Below are positions 11,804 to 26,800 of a stretch of 64,000 bases of DNA, piece by piece (positions within the stretch are counted from its first letter, which is position 1; each line of letters starts with the position of its first letter). The notes beneath the pieces were generated by a model that was given only the letters and a program-made list of their open reading frames with translations, had not been told where the DNA came from and did no database searches. The stretch is from Strigamia acuminata (lineage: Eukaryota), in NCBI GenBank assembly GCA_949358305.1, contig OX442314.1, positions 29,884,001 through 29,948,000 on the forward strand. Reading direction: 5' to 3'. The position numbers and the translations under genes are program-made.

Positions 11804-14800
11804 ATTGGTCTGTTTTTATCAGTTTTAATGAAAGTGATGATGACTCAAGATGCAGACATCATCAGGTTTGGTAACTTTTTTTCCTATTGCTTGCATCCAT
11901 TAATGATACACAAACTTTTGGGTGAAAATAAATTTAAAAATATGATTGTTGTTTTAAAATTAATTTTATTATTTATTTACAGGATAGAATGCACTGAAAC
12001 ATGTCTGAACAAACAAGACAGTATATGGGGAACTGAAGTCTATTCTTATGTAAGTTACAATGTTTATTCAATTGAGTCTTCGCAAGTGCTTTTATTTGCA
12101 TCTGTATATCTACCATTAGCAACAGTTGGTTGCAGTCTAGGCAAATTACAGAAGTAGGAAAATAGCTAATTCTTTTTTTCCTGAAAATTAAATTAATAAA
12201 AACTTTTATTTCTCAAAAAAATTATTTTTTATTTTATTTTATTTATTACTAAATACAAATAGTTTAACATTTATTATTAGTATAATTTAATATTTATATA
12301 TTAAAACAATCTTAAGCCAGGTTCACACTTGTGTTCACACTACACCAGGGGTCAGCAACCTGCGGCTCTTTCGATGTCAAGATGCGGGTCTTCAGTTCCA
12401 TGCGCAAATATTAATAATTACATTATTTTATTTTCAAAACTCATAAAAAATATTATACTGCAAAAAAAAATCAAATTTATATATCTAATCCTAATCAAAT
12501 ACCATAATATTGAAACAAAAATGTTGGGGCTCTTTAAAATTTGGGAAATTGTGTAAATTGTAACTTTTGGCTCTTCCGTCTCAAAAGGTTGCCGACCCCT
12601 GCACTAGACGCAACGCAAAGCAAGGAAAAATTAGTCAAACACAACGTAGAGTCTGTTCACACTGTAGGGCACATGTGAACAGAGCTGAAACAATTGATGT
12701 TGCGTCTGGCCAATCAGATGATTTTAATGAAACCTGGAATTGGATCTAGTTTTAGAACTAGTTCCTGAATCCGAAAATGGCGGCCTGTTTACATGTGGCA
12801 AAGTCTCGCCAACCATTCGACGAGAGTTGGAGTCGATCGTGATTGGTTGGCCGCAAGACCTTTCCTTGCGTAGCGCGTTGCTTACTTCAACTTGGAGTGA
12901 AAGCAGGAATTGGCGTCAACGTTAAGAATTTTTGGACGCAAGCAGCTTGCGTTGCATCAGTTTTCTTGTGTTGCGTCTAGTGTGAACACAAGGTTGAACC
13001 TAGCTTTAGAGGGAATCTATCTTTTTGCACCAGGTGGTGTATCAAAATCAGTTTTAAAACATGTGCTCATGCCAGGAAAAATGTGATCGCACCAGGAAAA
13101 ATGTCATTATGCACATCTGCTGATGGGTTTTTGAAAAGGAAACAGAAATGACCAACTTAGGCTGGAGGTGTGTTGTAACCAGCCATGGTGACTTTAGTGA
13201 CTTTAGGCATGTTTGTTTAGTTTTTTTTTTAACCTGAGACGTCTCGATTGCAAATTATTCTGGTGGCAATTTGACCCCGAGAGATTACGTCCCTCAAACG
13301 TTCAGTCTCCAAATAATTGTTGGCATGTGAGAGTGGATGGACACCGTCAGGACTTTGGGGTCATCCCAACAGCGCTGAACATATGACTGTATTGTTTGGC
13401 CTTTAGTTTGAGTTGTTTCGGGGTCAGTGTTCCCATGTCTTTCCAACTGTCGCCCTAAGACAGACCTACGACCGCCTCACTGACCACACGGTAGGGGTTG
13501 GCACGACGAACATTTCCCAAGCGTCACCATGGTGAACAAGAGTGAAGGGACTGATAAAAGACAACCGACACAACCGTGTTAGTTGCCGGTCAAAGGAACT
13601 TAGTTTGGACCAATTGCCCAGGGACCAACTGCAGTGCTCGTCCTCAGCACGTCTAGGACCTTTGTTTTATTCATTCATAAGTCTTATGCATGCACGTGTT
13701 TATGTAAATGTGATTCAATTATTCAATTGCATCATCCAACTTTTTAGGAATGGCAAAACATATTTTTCAGTTTAAAACTGACTTCACCGAAAAGCCTACA
13801 TTGAGAAAGAGTAGACGGATACTTATGTTGACAATAGTTATTTGTGTTTTTACTGGGCTGATTGTTGACTTGATTTGCGGTGGTTATATTGGTTGAGCAA
13901 TTGCAAAACAAACAATAATTCATCTTTGCAACTGTTTCTTTGCTGTCTGATATATCAAACAACCATTTTATCGACAACAATCCGACAGCATCAACACACA
14001 TTCTTCAAAAAACAATATCAATAATGCTTTTTGGTATTGCAAACAAATAAAGGGGGATTTATCTAGGGCTATTGTACCACTTTTGTAGAACTTTACAGCG
14101 TTGTATTGAAGAATCATCACATGGTTTGCTAATTTGAAGAATCTGTTTAAAATTACTCTCTTAACTAAGTAGCATCTGACCACATCCAAGTGCTCATCAA
14201 TTGACTCTTAAAGGCTTTCGATTTTTATTCGGTCAATTAACTGACTAATGCCCAGTATCCCTACTTTGTGGCAACTTGGTTTCATTAATCTAATTGTGAC
14301 TTCAATTTTCTACTTTGAAACAATCGGTCGAATGAATTTTTTTTTTCTTCTTTTTTCTCTTTGTTTAGTTGGTGATTGAATCTGTAAATTGGATTAGAAA
14401 TAGTGAGACAGATAAGGCAAGAAGTGTTTTCTTTTTTTGGCTTCAGGTTTTTGTTGTTGGGGGGGAAATCAGTCTAATTTTCTTCTCTGTATTGCAATTT
14501 TTTTGATGTACTCTTGTCTTCGTTTATTTTATACCTTTACTTTATATTTTTTTTGTTGGTGTTGCAACTTGTCTACAAAGTGCTTTGGGATTAGGCTTCA
14601 TCCCTGTAGGGTGTTTTTCTTCTTTCAAAAACAAGATAAAAAAAAAGTGTTCTTTTTCAAATTCAACAAGAGCAATTTCGAAGTGCATGGTGGAAGATTG
14701 CTTTTGTGTGTTTTCATTTACACTTGATGCATTGCAAGATGAATGGGAGAAAATATTGCATATGGAAGGCTTGCGCATGCGAAAGTGAAACATTAATATT

Positions 14801-17800
14801 ATTATACCGGTATCTCTTTATTCATTTTTATTTTTTTTTTACTTATCTAGTCAGTTTTAACTTAAATAGATCACTCTTTAGCAATAGAATAATAATTATG
14901 GTAACAGTTTATTTATTTACGTAATTTACATTTACTCCTTTGTGTTTCCACCTTTAAGCCTAGTACTCATAACACCATTCCGTCCTTGGAATGGTAACAG
15001 GAATCAAAGTCTTAAGTTTCCTGCCAAGGATGGTACTCATAAAAATATTGTTTAGACTCTGAATCACCCTTGCAAGTGGAAACGAATTGTTTCCGGCCCG
15101 GATGGTGCATGGAAAAATTTAATTGTTTCAGACTCTGAATAAATTTTGTCTACCCAGAATTCCCTTGTTTTTTATCTAAAATTTGCAACTGGTCACACAG
15201 CCGGTTGCAAACAAAGACACCCAACTACTACAATTGAACACGTTGTTTGTTGAAGGTTAGTAGAATTATATTTTTGCCTGCATTTCAGACAAAATAAATG
15301 CTTTTTTAATTGCAAAAAGACCAAAAGTGATTTTAAAATTATTTAAGTCAGAAAAGTCGGACAAAGCTTCATTGCCATTGCCAGCCATTTGCAAAACAAG
15401 CAACAATAACTCACACAGTTTAAGAGTATGGAAACTTTCTGGTGACAATTTCATGAATACCACAAATTTATCAGACTCTGAATAATAAGAGGATAAAACA
15501 TTCCGCTTGAAATGGTGCTGTTGAAAAATTAAGACTGTAAAAATATTTAGATTTTGAAAGCGTATGAATACTAGGCTTTAGGCTTGTTTTGTTGTATGCG
15601 GATATAGCAGACGGCAGAAATGGAAAACGGTATTCATCAGAGTGTTTATTTACGCACGACAAACCCTTCACTAACTCTCCCAGAATTGATTTTTTTATTG
15701 GTTAGGCAAACTATTGAAAAAATCGGTTTAAAAATCAATAAAAATATCAATATACAGCAGCACTATGAAAACGAATTTTTTCTAGCTCGCAGAACTTCAA
15801 ATGTGTCAACCGACTCCAATTTTGCGAGCAATTACAAAAACCGCCGAAAGAAAGCGGGCACGAATATTTTGCCATGCGTGAAATTCCAGTTATTTAATTC
15901 AATTTGCATGTGTAGACAGCAGTCAATAATGTTTCGAGTTATGAGGGAATAATAACACGCGTGCTGTCATCGGAAGGGAATGTAAGTGAGAAAACGTATG
16001 TAGTGGGCGGAGAAAAAATGGAAATGATTTTGGGTTTTGTCATTTCATCCACTTCGAAAATTACTCTGGCAAAATTGCTTTTGAACTTTGATAAAACACG
16101 CTTACCATAATTAGACAACCTGTCTTTCTTTTTCATTTCCCATTTTTTTTTTTGGTTTCTAAATATACTTAAGAAGGACTAATGTAATGGATTTGCATTT
16201 ACATCTTTTATTCATTAAGGTATTAAATATTCATGGCGTGAAGGCAACAATTGCATTGTGCTTGCAATAACTTACAGCTCAACTCAAGTTTAAAAAAATA
16301 AAGGTCACAAGAGGGAGCTGCGAGCTGCAAATGTCTCCTTTGCAGTTGTGAATGGATTACTTTTTTTTTTTCTGGAATGTTTTTGTAATTTAGGATCATA
16401 TTTATTCGTTTAACACGCTCCGAAAGGTGTGGCTATAATTTTTAGGATTTGTTTCGACTTGCAGCAACACTTTTCGGCAATAACATAATTTAAGAATTTT
16501 GGAATTCAAAAGGAGAAAGGAAAAATAAAATTATCGAGTAGGGGGGAAATTAAATGAAAATAAATTTTGTATTTGCATTTTAAGAAATAGAGTCTAATTA
16601 TTTCGTTTTTTATGGTACAAGTGAGAAGCATAAGTTTGGAAACTTAGCTGAATTCAAAAATTTGAGTTTAGTTAGTTTGTGATTATGAGAAAACAAACAA
16701 TCAAAGGATATTAAGCTGATAACATTTTATTAATGTAGCATAGAGCTTTCCAAAAATCTAAATGTTTTCAAAAAAATCAAATAAATAACATAAATATGTT
16801 GAATTGTATTCACCCCCTGGTGAAGCAGAAGTCTGGAAACTCGCTCTATCTGTTGCATAAGTTTAGAAACTTGAGTGATTAAGCTATAAATATTTCAAAT
16901 TAGTAGAGTAATACCTCAATATTTGGTGGGATATCCTTTTGCCTTTATTACCGCAGCAAGTCGCTTAGGCATTGATGACGTAAGCTTGACACATTCATCT
17001 GCTGTAACTGTTTTCCAGATTTCAGTGATTGCAGCTGTAAGCTCTGTCTTATTTGCTGGTTTTCGAGCTTGCTAACGTTTTTCATTTTATTCCATACATT
17101 TAAGTCTGGGGAATTACCTGGCCATGATAAAACGTTTATTCTTTTTTGTTCAAACCATTTTGTTGTAGTTTTGGCAGTATGGCAGGAAACCCCATCTTGC
17201 TGAAAGATCAATTTGCGACGTACTCTTAGCTTTTTTATTGATGGTAGTAAACCTTCCTCTAGTATTTGCTGGTATTTTAATGCATTTATGGTCACTTCCA
17301 CAAATTTTAATTCTCCTGGACCTTTAGAGGCCATGCAACCCCAGACTATTACTCCAAGTGGATGCTTAACAGTGGTTTTCAGACATTTAGGGTGATATTC
17401 TTGTCCTTTTTTCCTCCAAACTCGAGTTCCTTGGTCCCCAAATGATAAACAGAATTTTGATTCATCCGAAAAAACCACTGAATTCCACATTTCAGGAGTC
17501 CAGTTCAAATGTTCTTTGACCCATGCAATTTGTTTTTTATTTAGGTAAGGTTTTTTATTTGGTACTCTAGATCTGTGTCCCATATCTTTAAGGCGTCATA
17601 TCACCGTGTCTTTGGACACATGAATATTGGCTTCAGTGTTCCATTTCTGACGCAATTCATTGGCAGTTAACTTTGGTTGTTTTGACACAACTTTTCTCAG
17701 ATTCGATTTTCACGAGTTAGTTGTGCATTGGGGCCTTCCAGGTCGTTTTTTTACTGGTTTTATCTGTCCACCATCATCTTGAATTCGTTTCAAACATTTA

Positions 17801-20800
17801 CACACGCATGATGTAGATATTTGAAGGTGGTCAGCAATTTCAGCCAATGTTTTCTTCTTTGCACGCATATTCATGGCAATTCGCTTTTCATCCATACTCA
17901 ACTATGGTGCTTTGCCCATTATCACACTAGAGATGTTAGCTGCATCAAAAACAACTGTTTTCTTGCTTTTGTGAAATTATGCAAATGAGTTTACAAGGGA
18001 AATCACGGAAGTTTCTAAACTTATGCAACAGATGGAGCGAGTTTCCAGACTTCTGCTTCACCAGGGGGTGAATGCAATTCAACATATTTATGTTATTTAT
18101 TTGATTTTTTTGAAAACATTTAGATTTTTGGAAAGCTCTATGCTACATTAATAAAATGTTTAAAGCTTAATATCCTTTGATTGTTTGTTTTCTCATAATC
18201 ACAAACTAACTAAACTCAAATTTTTTAATTCAGCCAAGTTTCCAAACTTATGCTTCTCACTTGTAAAAGTACGTAAAGAGAATTAGCATATGTAGAAATA
18301 ATTTTAACCAAAGTGCTTTTGACCTTTTGGTCTTTCTCAGCAGTCAACAACTGCTTGTTTAACAATATAGCTGAAGTGTTTGTTACTGATGGTTTTCGTG
18401 ATGTAAACAGATTGAATTAATGTGCGACCGTCATTGTTGATGATGGGTGACAAGAGTGATTTTATTACAAATAGGTGGCGCGGTGGTAATAACGTCACAA
18501 TATAAAACAAGGGTCAAGATGAATAATGGAGTGCAATAGCACATTTTTCCTTTTAGTAAACAATTGGTTGGGATTTGGAAAGATTCGTGTGGGATTCAGA
18601 AAGATTTAAATGATTATTTCAATGAGTAAGTCGAAGATAAAATTTTGTCAAATTTTCGAATAAAATTCAAATTATTTATAAAATTTTGTCTATTTTAGGA
18701 AAAGTTTCAAAAATTTTATAAAATTTTGTTCATTTTTGGAGAAATTTCAAAATTATTATAAAAATTTTGTCCATTTTAGGAAAAGTTTCAAAAATTTTAT
18801 AAAATTTTGTTTATTTTTGGAGTACTTTCAAATTGTTATAAAATGTTGTACAATTTTCGACAAAAATTCAAATTTTTTATAAAATTTTGTCCATTTTAGA
18901 AAAAGTTACAAAAATTTTATAAAATTTTGTTTATTTTTGGAGAAATTTTAAAATTATTATAAAATTTTGTCCAATTTTCGACAAAAATTCAAAATTTTTA
19001 TAAAATTTTGTCCATTTTTGAAAAAATTTAAAAAAATTTATAAAATTTTGTCCATTTTTGAAAAAATTTAAAAAAATTTATAAAATTTTGTCTATTTTTG
19101 GAAAAATTTAACATTTTTTATAAAATTTTGTCTATTTTTGGAAAAATTTCAAAATTTTTATAAAAATTTGTGCATTTTTGGAAAAATTTCAAAATTATTA
19201 TAAAATTTTGTTCATTTTTGGAGAAATTTCAAAATTATTATAAAATTTTGTCCAATTTTCGAAAAAAATTCAAATTTTTTATAAAATTTTGTCTATTTTT
19301 GGAAAAATTTCAAAAAGAATGTTTTTATAACTTCAAATAAAAATTAGAATTAATTACAGAGTAATTACATTTTCAAAACTTTCAGACTCACCCTGTGTAA
19401 ATATATTTCAATATTTGCAAACATGATGCAATAAAATGCTGCACTTCAAATTCACTGAATCAATACACTTTTTTTCCTGACTGTTGAGATAAATGATGAC
19501 ACCACGGTATACATTGCAATGCACTTCTTAAGTGATGGTTGTTTGCATTTCATGTTTCAATTCAATTCAGCTATTTCCTACCTAAGCGAGTATGTGCCAA
19601 TAAATATCAAGCATTCTAGTCGGCTTCCACATTTTGGTGCTGGTCTTTGACAGAGCTAGAAAAATGAACACACTGTTTCTCCTTCCATTGTTGGCCGCGG
19701 TGGTGTATTCCAGTCCGCTCTTCGGTTCAGGTAACTATCAGTTTGGCTTTCAATTTTTTGTTTTAACTTATCCAACTTCTGAATAGGAAATTCTAAACAA
19801 CCAGGGGTAATTCGCGACAAGTGTCCCAGCTTTTTATTTCTTTCTTGTCCATCATTACTTTTCTTTCGCCATCCTCTTTTTTGTACCCTTGACGGCAAGA
19901 ACAAGTGTAGAGAAGGATTTCAATGTTGCGCGAACGGTCCGAAAATTCCCTTTTTCCCATATAATGATGGATGTTGTGTAGAGTTTTACAAACCAACTCC
20001 AAAACCACCAACTCCAGTAGAACCAGTTGAACCTGGTATACTGGAACCTCCGGTCGAACCAGAAGTCGTAGAACCACCAGTCGAACCCGAAGTCGTGGAA
20101 CCAGAACCTCCAGTTGAACCAGAAGTCGTGGAACCAGAACCAGAAGTTGTGGAACCAGAACCAGAAGTTGTAGAGCCAGTCGTGGAACCAGAACCAGAAG
20201 TTGTAGAGCCAGTTGTGGAACCAGAACCTGAACCGGAACCAGAAGTTGTAGAGCCAGTCGTGGAACCAGAACCAGAACCAGAACCAGAAGTTGTAGAGCC
20301 AGTCGAGCCAGTACCAGCAGAGAACGAATAAGCTGAAGTTTCATAAATTAATAAAATATGTATTGTTATTGCAAATAAATTTTTATTTGTTGATGATGTT
20401 ATGCTGAGTGTATATAGTGGTGCAGAGCGTGTCATCTAACCTGACAAATGTGTACAGCGACACCAATATACCACAACTCGGGAAACTGCGACTACGAGTA
20501 TTTTGGGTTTTTCTTTTTCTGTTTTCTGCACCCACCATTTACCCCCCCCCCCCTCCACGAACCTAACCTTACTGGTTTTTATATGGAATCCTCAACGGAA
20601 CCAATTTTTTGGGATGGCTTGTTGCGGTACATTGATGTTGCGGTAAATCGTGACTTGGCAAGTACGCGCTCCCAGTGGTGCCGTTAACACAAGTAAAGCC
20701 CAAATATTTTGCATCACTGATTTTATCACAGTAATATAAGATTTACATTAGAAAAATTCAAAGTTTTTGTTTATGTCGTGTTGTGCTCGGTTTCTCGGTT

Positions 20801-23800
20801 CCATTAATTCGCCTGGGAGCGAGAGGGTTGCTTCACCGTGGTGTAATTGAACTGAATTAATCACTTACCTCGAACCTGTTAGTACTAACAGGTGCCCAAT
20901 TATTAGAAGACGTTAGTTAAAGTATAACAGCTGTTTATTAACGGTAAGTTCGCAAGCTATACATCAAATAACTATTATCTATCTTCAAAGGCGATCCAAG
21001 ATGGCGACCGGGTCCGTCTTTGTCGACTTAGGGTCGTATTTGTCTCCCTTCTATGGTTTCTCGGCTCACACTGACACGCGAGTGGAATGCTCTGAAAGAG
21101 GCTTATATCGGGGCCTGATATTGTCTAGGGTATATTTCGTCTTCTTCGCGCAGCAATAGCAGTCATGAGGCGTTTTGCTCACGAGGCGCTAATGGCTGCT
21201 GGTAACACTTTCTTGGCTGTTTCACACGGGTATGGGAAATTCTGCCAAAGTATTGTTGCTAATTTGTTATCGCAGTTAGCAAAACTGTGGAGATTACTCA
21301 GAAAGTATCAAAGTAATGTAACTTGCGTTTGATGAATCCTTTGTCCTACATCACTTCTTTTCGTTTGATAAAGGCCTGACTGGTAAGACGGAGTTTTGGT
21401 ACATGTGTTCTTGGTAAATTCTGTGTGGCTTCTGCCTTTCTTGCCCTGAGGCGAATTTCTCAGCACAAAAGGGGTCTCATTAGGTGACCGGAGTCATCCA
21501 ATGCGGAATGAGTAGAGTCCTCTTCGCTCCTTCAGGGCTGACGCTTGCCCATTGACAAACATCAATGCACTGAGGGCCTCAATTCTCCCAAAAAGTCAAT
21601 GCGGATAGTACTAATTTGATGGTGCTCTACAACTTTCTGATTGAAAATTTTTCTCTAACCTGATTGGTTTAAAAGTTAGAAAGTGAATGACCTTGAAAAT
21701 GGCCTTCAAGGTCAAATTTGATGACATCATTGGATTGCTCTCACCCAACTTCCTGTACGATCGCTTCACCGAAGTTGGCCTAGATGCAATTGCTCAGGAA
21801 ATATTTGGAGGGGACCAGACTTTTAGAACACCCTGAAGACAATTACTTTAACATTCATGGTAAAAATCTGGGATTTTCCAGACAATCAGTTTAAAGTTGA
21901 TTTTTTGCACCAATTTATGTTCCATGGTGTAACCAAGATGTCACTCACATTTAATACAATAATACTACAGAGGTAGCCTTGTTTTCTTATGGTCGGTTAA
22001 ACACCGGCATAAAAATAAGGCAAAAGAAAATTAGCCATTACGGCACTTAAACAAGGTGATCCAGAAAACATAACTGTTACCAGCTGCTGCTTAGCTTTTA
22101 ATTTGACTGTAAAAATATAAAAGGGTTATGTAGGGATAAACTAACGTCTTGTGATGAACACCTTTTTGGTGCCAAAGGTGCACTTTTCCATCGGCTATAA
22201 AAACTTTAGGGCATGAGTGGCACATCACAAGTTTAAACTAAGGAAACACGAGCAGTGAAGCAATGTTCCCACTTTTTTTCTTATCTGGAAGTGAGTGAGA
22301 GCAGCACAGATGCCTACAGTCTCAAGTTCACTCTGTTGATCAAACTAGATAAAGTGGTGCCAGCAGTGTGTTCCACCTTTGCTTTTCAAAATTGTCAACA
22401 GTGAAAATGCTGATGCACTAAAAACAAGATTCACGAGCTTGTAAACGCATGTACACCATTTTTATTTAACCTTTTATTGATTCCATCTAATTCTTTAACA
22501 CCTGTTTTGTGGCGAATTACTCAACAGATTTTTTTTAGGCGTAGAAACTATCGAACCCACATTAACATTTATACTGTTCAAAATGCGACATTCTACACTC
22601 TTGTTAACTACAAGGTTAGCCTTTCTCCCATTGGTTTAGTCTCGTTACTATACTCTGTCTGACCTTAAGAGTAAAGAAAAATCCCGCCCCCCTTTTGAGG
22701 CCTTTTCACTGGTGTAGTGATACGGAAAAGTAGAGCAATACACCAGGTTTTAATAAAACCTCAGGTTTTATTAAGCCTAATAATCCTAAAATAAAGTAAA
22801 TATACAATAGTACACAGTTTACAGTTAGGAGTAATGAGACTCGACCAATGGAAGAACGTCCACTTTTGTAGCGCATCAGAGTATAGCCGCCAATTTCTCT
22901 TGCGACATTTGCCGATTTCCAAGACACTCGGAGGTCAAATCACTGAGGTTTTCCGCTGTTTCTCAAAGCAGGTTTCTATATGAAGAAAAAGTACCTGCAA
23001 ACTAATATTTCTCGCAAGAAATGGACCATAACCTCATGACTTTTGGTCTCGTCTACTTACAATTGGAAATGATGAGAGGTGAAGATGGATTCAGGCAAGT
23101 GAAATATAAGGACGAAGGCTACAAAATTGCTATCTAGGGGTCCAGCTCATCTCATCATTCAACTGGAAACATGGAGAATTGGATCCAGCCTGCCCAGCTG
23201 CCCACATCCTTCTTAGTGCTTATGGTTCTTTCAATGTTGAGATTGTAAAGTCGTGTTCCCATTTCTGGGTCTTAACTCCTACACTTCGTGCCACGTATGC
23301 AATAATCATTATTTGAAAGAGCAGGAGATAGGTCGTCTTTCCATTGACTCAGGTCATTTTCTTTTCGGTTCTGCCTACTCGTCATTTCTTGTTCCTATCC
23401 TCTTACACTCTTGCCGCTTTAGACCTGTAAAGGAAGGCGGGGTAAAGCCGACAACCAGGTCCTTTGAGAGGTCAAAACTAATCACAAATTTATGAATTCA
23501 ATCCAGAAATGCACAAAGGATACATTTTTTGCCATTAATTATTTGTTTATTATTTTTTTTTATGAAAAAGGATGTTTTTGGATGGATTTTTCGACTTCCT
23601 GTTGTTTGTTTCTAACTGGAAGAATGACACTTGATTCTTTAAAAATATATATATCTGAAAATCTCCAGATTCAAGAGGAAATACAATTAGGAGAGTAACT
23701 CTACTCAATAAAAGAGAAAAGCACAAAGAGTTTCTTCTGTGGGGCGGAAATAATTTCCCAACAAAAAGTAAATCATCTCCAATCTTCAATTTGATGGTCT

Positions 23801-26800
23801 TTTTACTCCTGGTGCAAAATGGTTTCCTGGTGTCTAGAGAAAATGTTATCTTGTTTCTGAAATATACTTCAAGAAATGAGTCTAAAGTCACGAGGGAACA
23901 GGGAAACACTTCAAAAAAATAATTCACAAATGTAAAATAAATACACTGTTAGAAATAAAGGTGTAAAGAGGTGTAAAAACATGTTACACATTTTTGTAAC
24001 CCTAAAATGGTGTGAAAAGATGATACTGGGATGTGTGAACTCAATTGCTGGAGTAAAAGAAAAAATGACTTTTGAATTTTGGCTAAAAAAAGTAAAATTT
24101 TGGTGATATTTTGATATAAAATGATTTTTTTGCGTACAAAAATGTATTTTTTGTAGTAAATGAACCCGAAAAGTGCGATCTGCACGCAAAAATGCATTTT
24201 GACAATTTTTGCGCTGATAACCATTGTCCAGCCACCGTAAATTGTGGATATGAAACTAAACTGCAAATAAATAAATATAAAAAACCAAGTTTTTGAAAAA
24301 TTAGGTTTTTATATTGGGGCTTCAAATCACTGCCAGAGTGCGCTACTATCGCAGATTGTTTTGTGATTGCCTTGGTGATTTCCCTGACCCTGCCAAAAGG
24401 CGTTTTAAAAACAGAACTTTTTCTTAACAATATTAAAAAACAAAATATATGGGCAGGTAGGAATTTTTATTCAACCAGGTTTAGCCTGGTTTCACAATTT
24501 AATGAACCCTTTCTGATACCGAAACAATAAAAAAAAGTATCGGGCGAACATTTCAGCCTCTATTATTGTATAGGGGTTCCGCCAGGCGGAGCTAGCCACA
24601 CCAGGAGTTGAAACAAACAAACAAACCTTCATGTCAAGTTAAATAAAAGCCTTTAATAAAAATAACAAATATTTGTGCGTGAAATATGGAATACGCTCCA
24701 AGTTTGCACAATTCTGAATGAAGTTTGAAAGGATTTCCAATAAATACTTTGTACACGGGGGAAATATCGGTTTTGTAAATAGAGCACGGGTGTTTGTATT
24801 ACAGTATTTACGGAAGTTCAAAAGGCATAAGAAATGGAGTTCATTTCCACCTCTTTTCCTACAAAGCACATCCAAAAAAAGTCCTTAAATATTTCTACAT
24901 TCCCTCCACATATCCAATGCGGCAATTTTTGGCGCGCCAGCCTTATGATCTGGCACCAAAAACTACTAAAAATCAGCATTTTAAGAGATCCATGGGAGTT
25001 ATTTAAATTCCAACCAATCACGCAAGTAATCCTGTCACGTGACTCTTTTTGAAGTCTTTTTGAACCATTTCTAATGGTTAAATCATTTTTTCACTGAGTA
25101 CTGATAGACTTATCTTCGGATGAAAACTTCTTAATGGTTTCATTAAAGAGCAAAGAGCCAGAATCTTTTTCTAGAATCAGTAAGAAGTTTGAATGGCCCA
25201 TTAGGTGTGTTGTATACTCGTATTCATCAGGCTTTTACAGCTTTGTAGTAATAGAAAAGGCGTGTTTGATAATATCTGTCATTGCTATTTTGAGTTCACT
25301 CAACACACTGAGAGAAAGAGAGAGATGCTCAGATATCATTTAAAGTTTTGCTTTCCATATGTGTGAAAACAAATTGGTCTCACTTACAATTGAAAAAAGG
25401 AAGTGTACAAATTATGAGAATTGTAGAAAGAAAAAGGAAGAAAAACAGTGTACATTAATAAGGGCAACTTTGTTTTGTGATGGTTTGGATACAGAAAAAT
25501 TTCATGTTTTGTCAAATTCAACGGTAGGCTGGGCCAGGGGTTCTGGAAAAATTAGTCGACTGATGATTCTCCACCTTAACCTGAAGTTGAAATCTGAGTT
25601 CGTTTACATTTCTTTTTACTTTAATCATACGTAGGCCGAATCTTGTAAATATAAATAGTGTTGTCCGCCAGCGAGCCGGGGTTTCTAACTGCCTGATGTT
25701 CGAATTGAACGGCAGCCATTATAAAGACGTCCCACAGACCTCTAGACCCATTGCGCGAATAACTTTGTGTGATTATTTGTTAACTTAATTCTACACCAAC
25801 AGGATTAATCGTGACAAATTTTATAATGATTTTACTGTGTCAAGGTCATTCACTTGCTAACTTCTAAACCAATCAGGTTAGAGCAAAATTTTCAATTACA
25901 AAGTTGTAGAGCACCATCAAATTAGTACTATCCAATTTATCTTAGTTATCTTCAGTTAAATGTTTTTGTTTTAAACTGAAAACAAATCAGCTAAAATAAA
26001 GCCAGCCATTGTGAGAAAACTTAAATTTTTACAACAAAAATACTGAATTACTTAAATAAATGTATTCAAATGTGCATTATTATGCAAGTAAACAAGAAAA
26101 GCCACTGCTTTTTTTAATGCCTCAATAATTATTTTATCACAAGAATAAAAAATTTCACTTTGCTGATTTTTTTTCTGATTTGTTTCCTTTTTAAAAAGAA
26201 AACATTTAACTTAAGATGACTAAGATAAGTTGGATAGTACTAATTTAATGGTGCTCTACAACTTTGTAATTGGAAATTTTGCTCTAACTTGATTGGTTTA
26301 GAAGTTAGCAAGTGAATGACCTTGAAAATGACCATCAAGGTCAAATTTGATGACATCATTGGATTGCTCTCACCCTACTTTCTACACGATTGCTTCATCA
26401 AAGTTGGCCTAGATGCAATTGCTCAGGAGATATTTGAGGAGAACAGACTTTTCTTCCACTTTGTTTATAAAGAAATGAGTGTATTTTTAAGATTTTTAAA
26501 AATTAAATTTTTTTTGGGGGGGAGGGGCATTGTGCTTAAGGGTCTCGCAATAACTAAATCCGACCCTGAAAATTGGTGCATTCATAGTTCAGAAATTTGC
26601 CACCATAGTGTCACTAATGTACAGAAGTGGTTGTTTACCTTTCTCTGGACACAAATCATTCTCATTAAACAATAAATTGGTGGTTATATAGATAGAATCA
26701 GAGTCTATATTGCACAAAATAGTCAAGTTAGCGCAGCCACATCGGCTTTATTCTGAACTAATGTCTTCTAGCGGTCCGATGTCGTCTTTAAGACAATTTT

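Noticed and set aside
19986..20435. Minus-strand Gly/Ser/Thr-rich ORF (149 aa) and overlapping Leu/Val-rich ORF
   Set aside because: Antisense shadows of the EPEVV repeat. The + strand frame has a signal peptide exon, a Cys domain, splice sites and a polyA signal.
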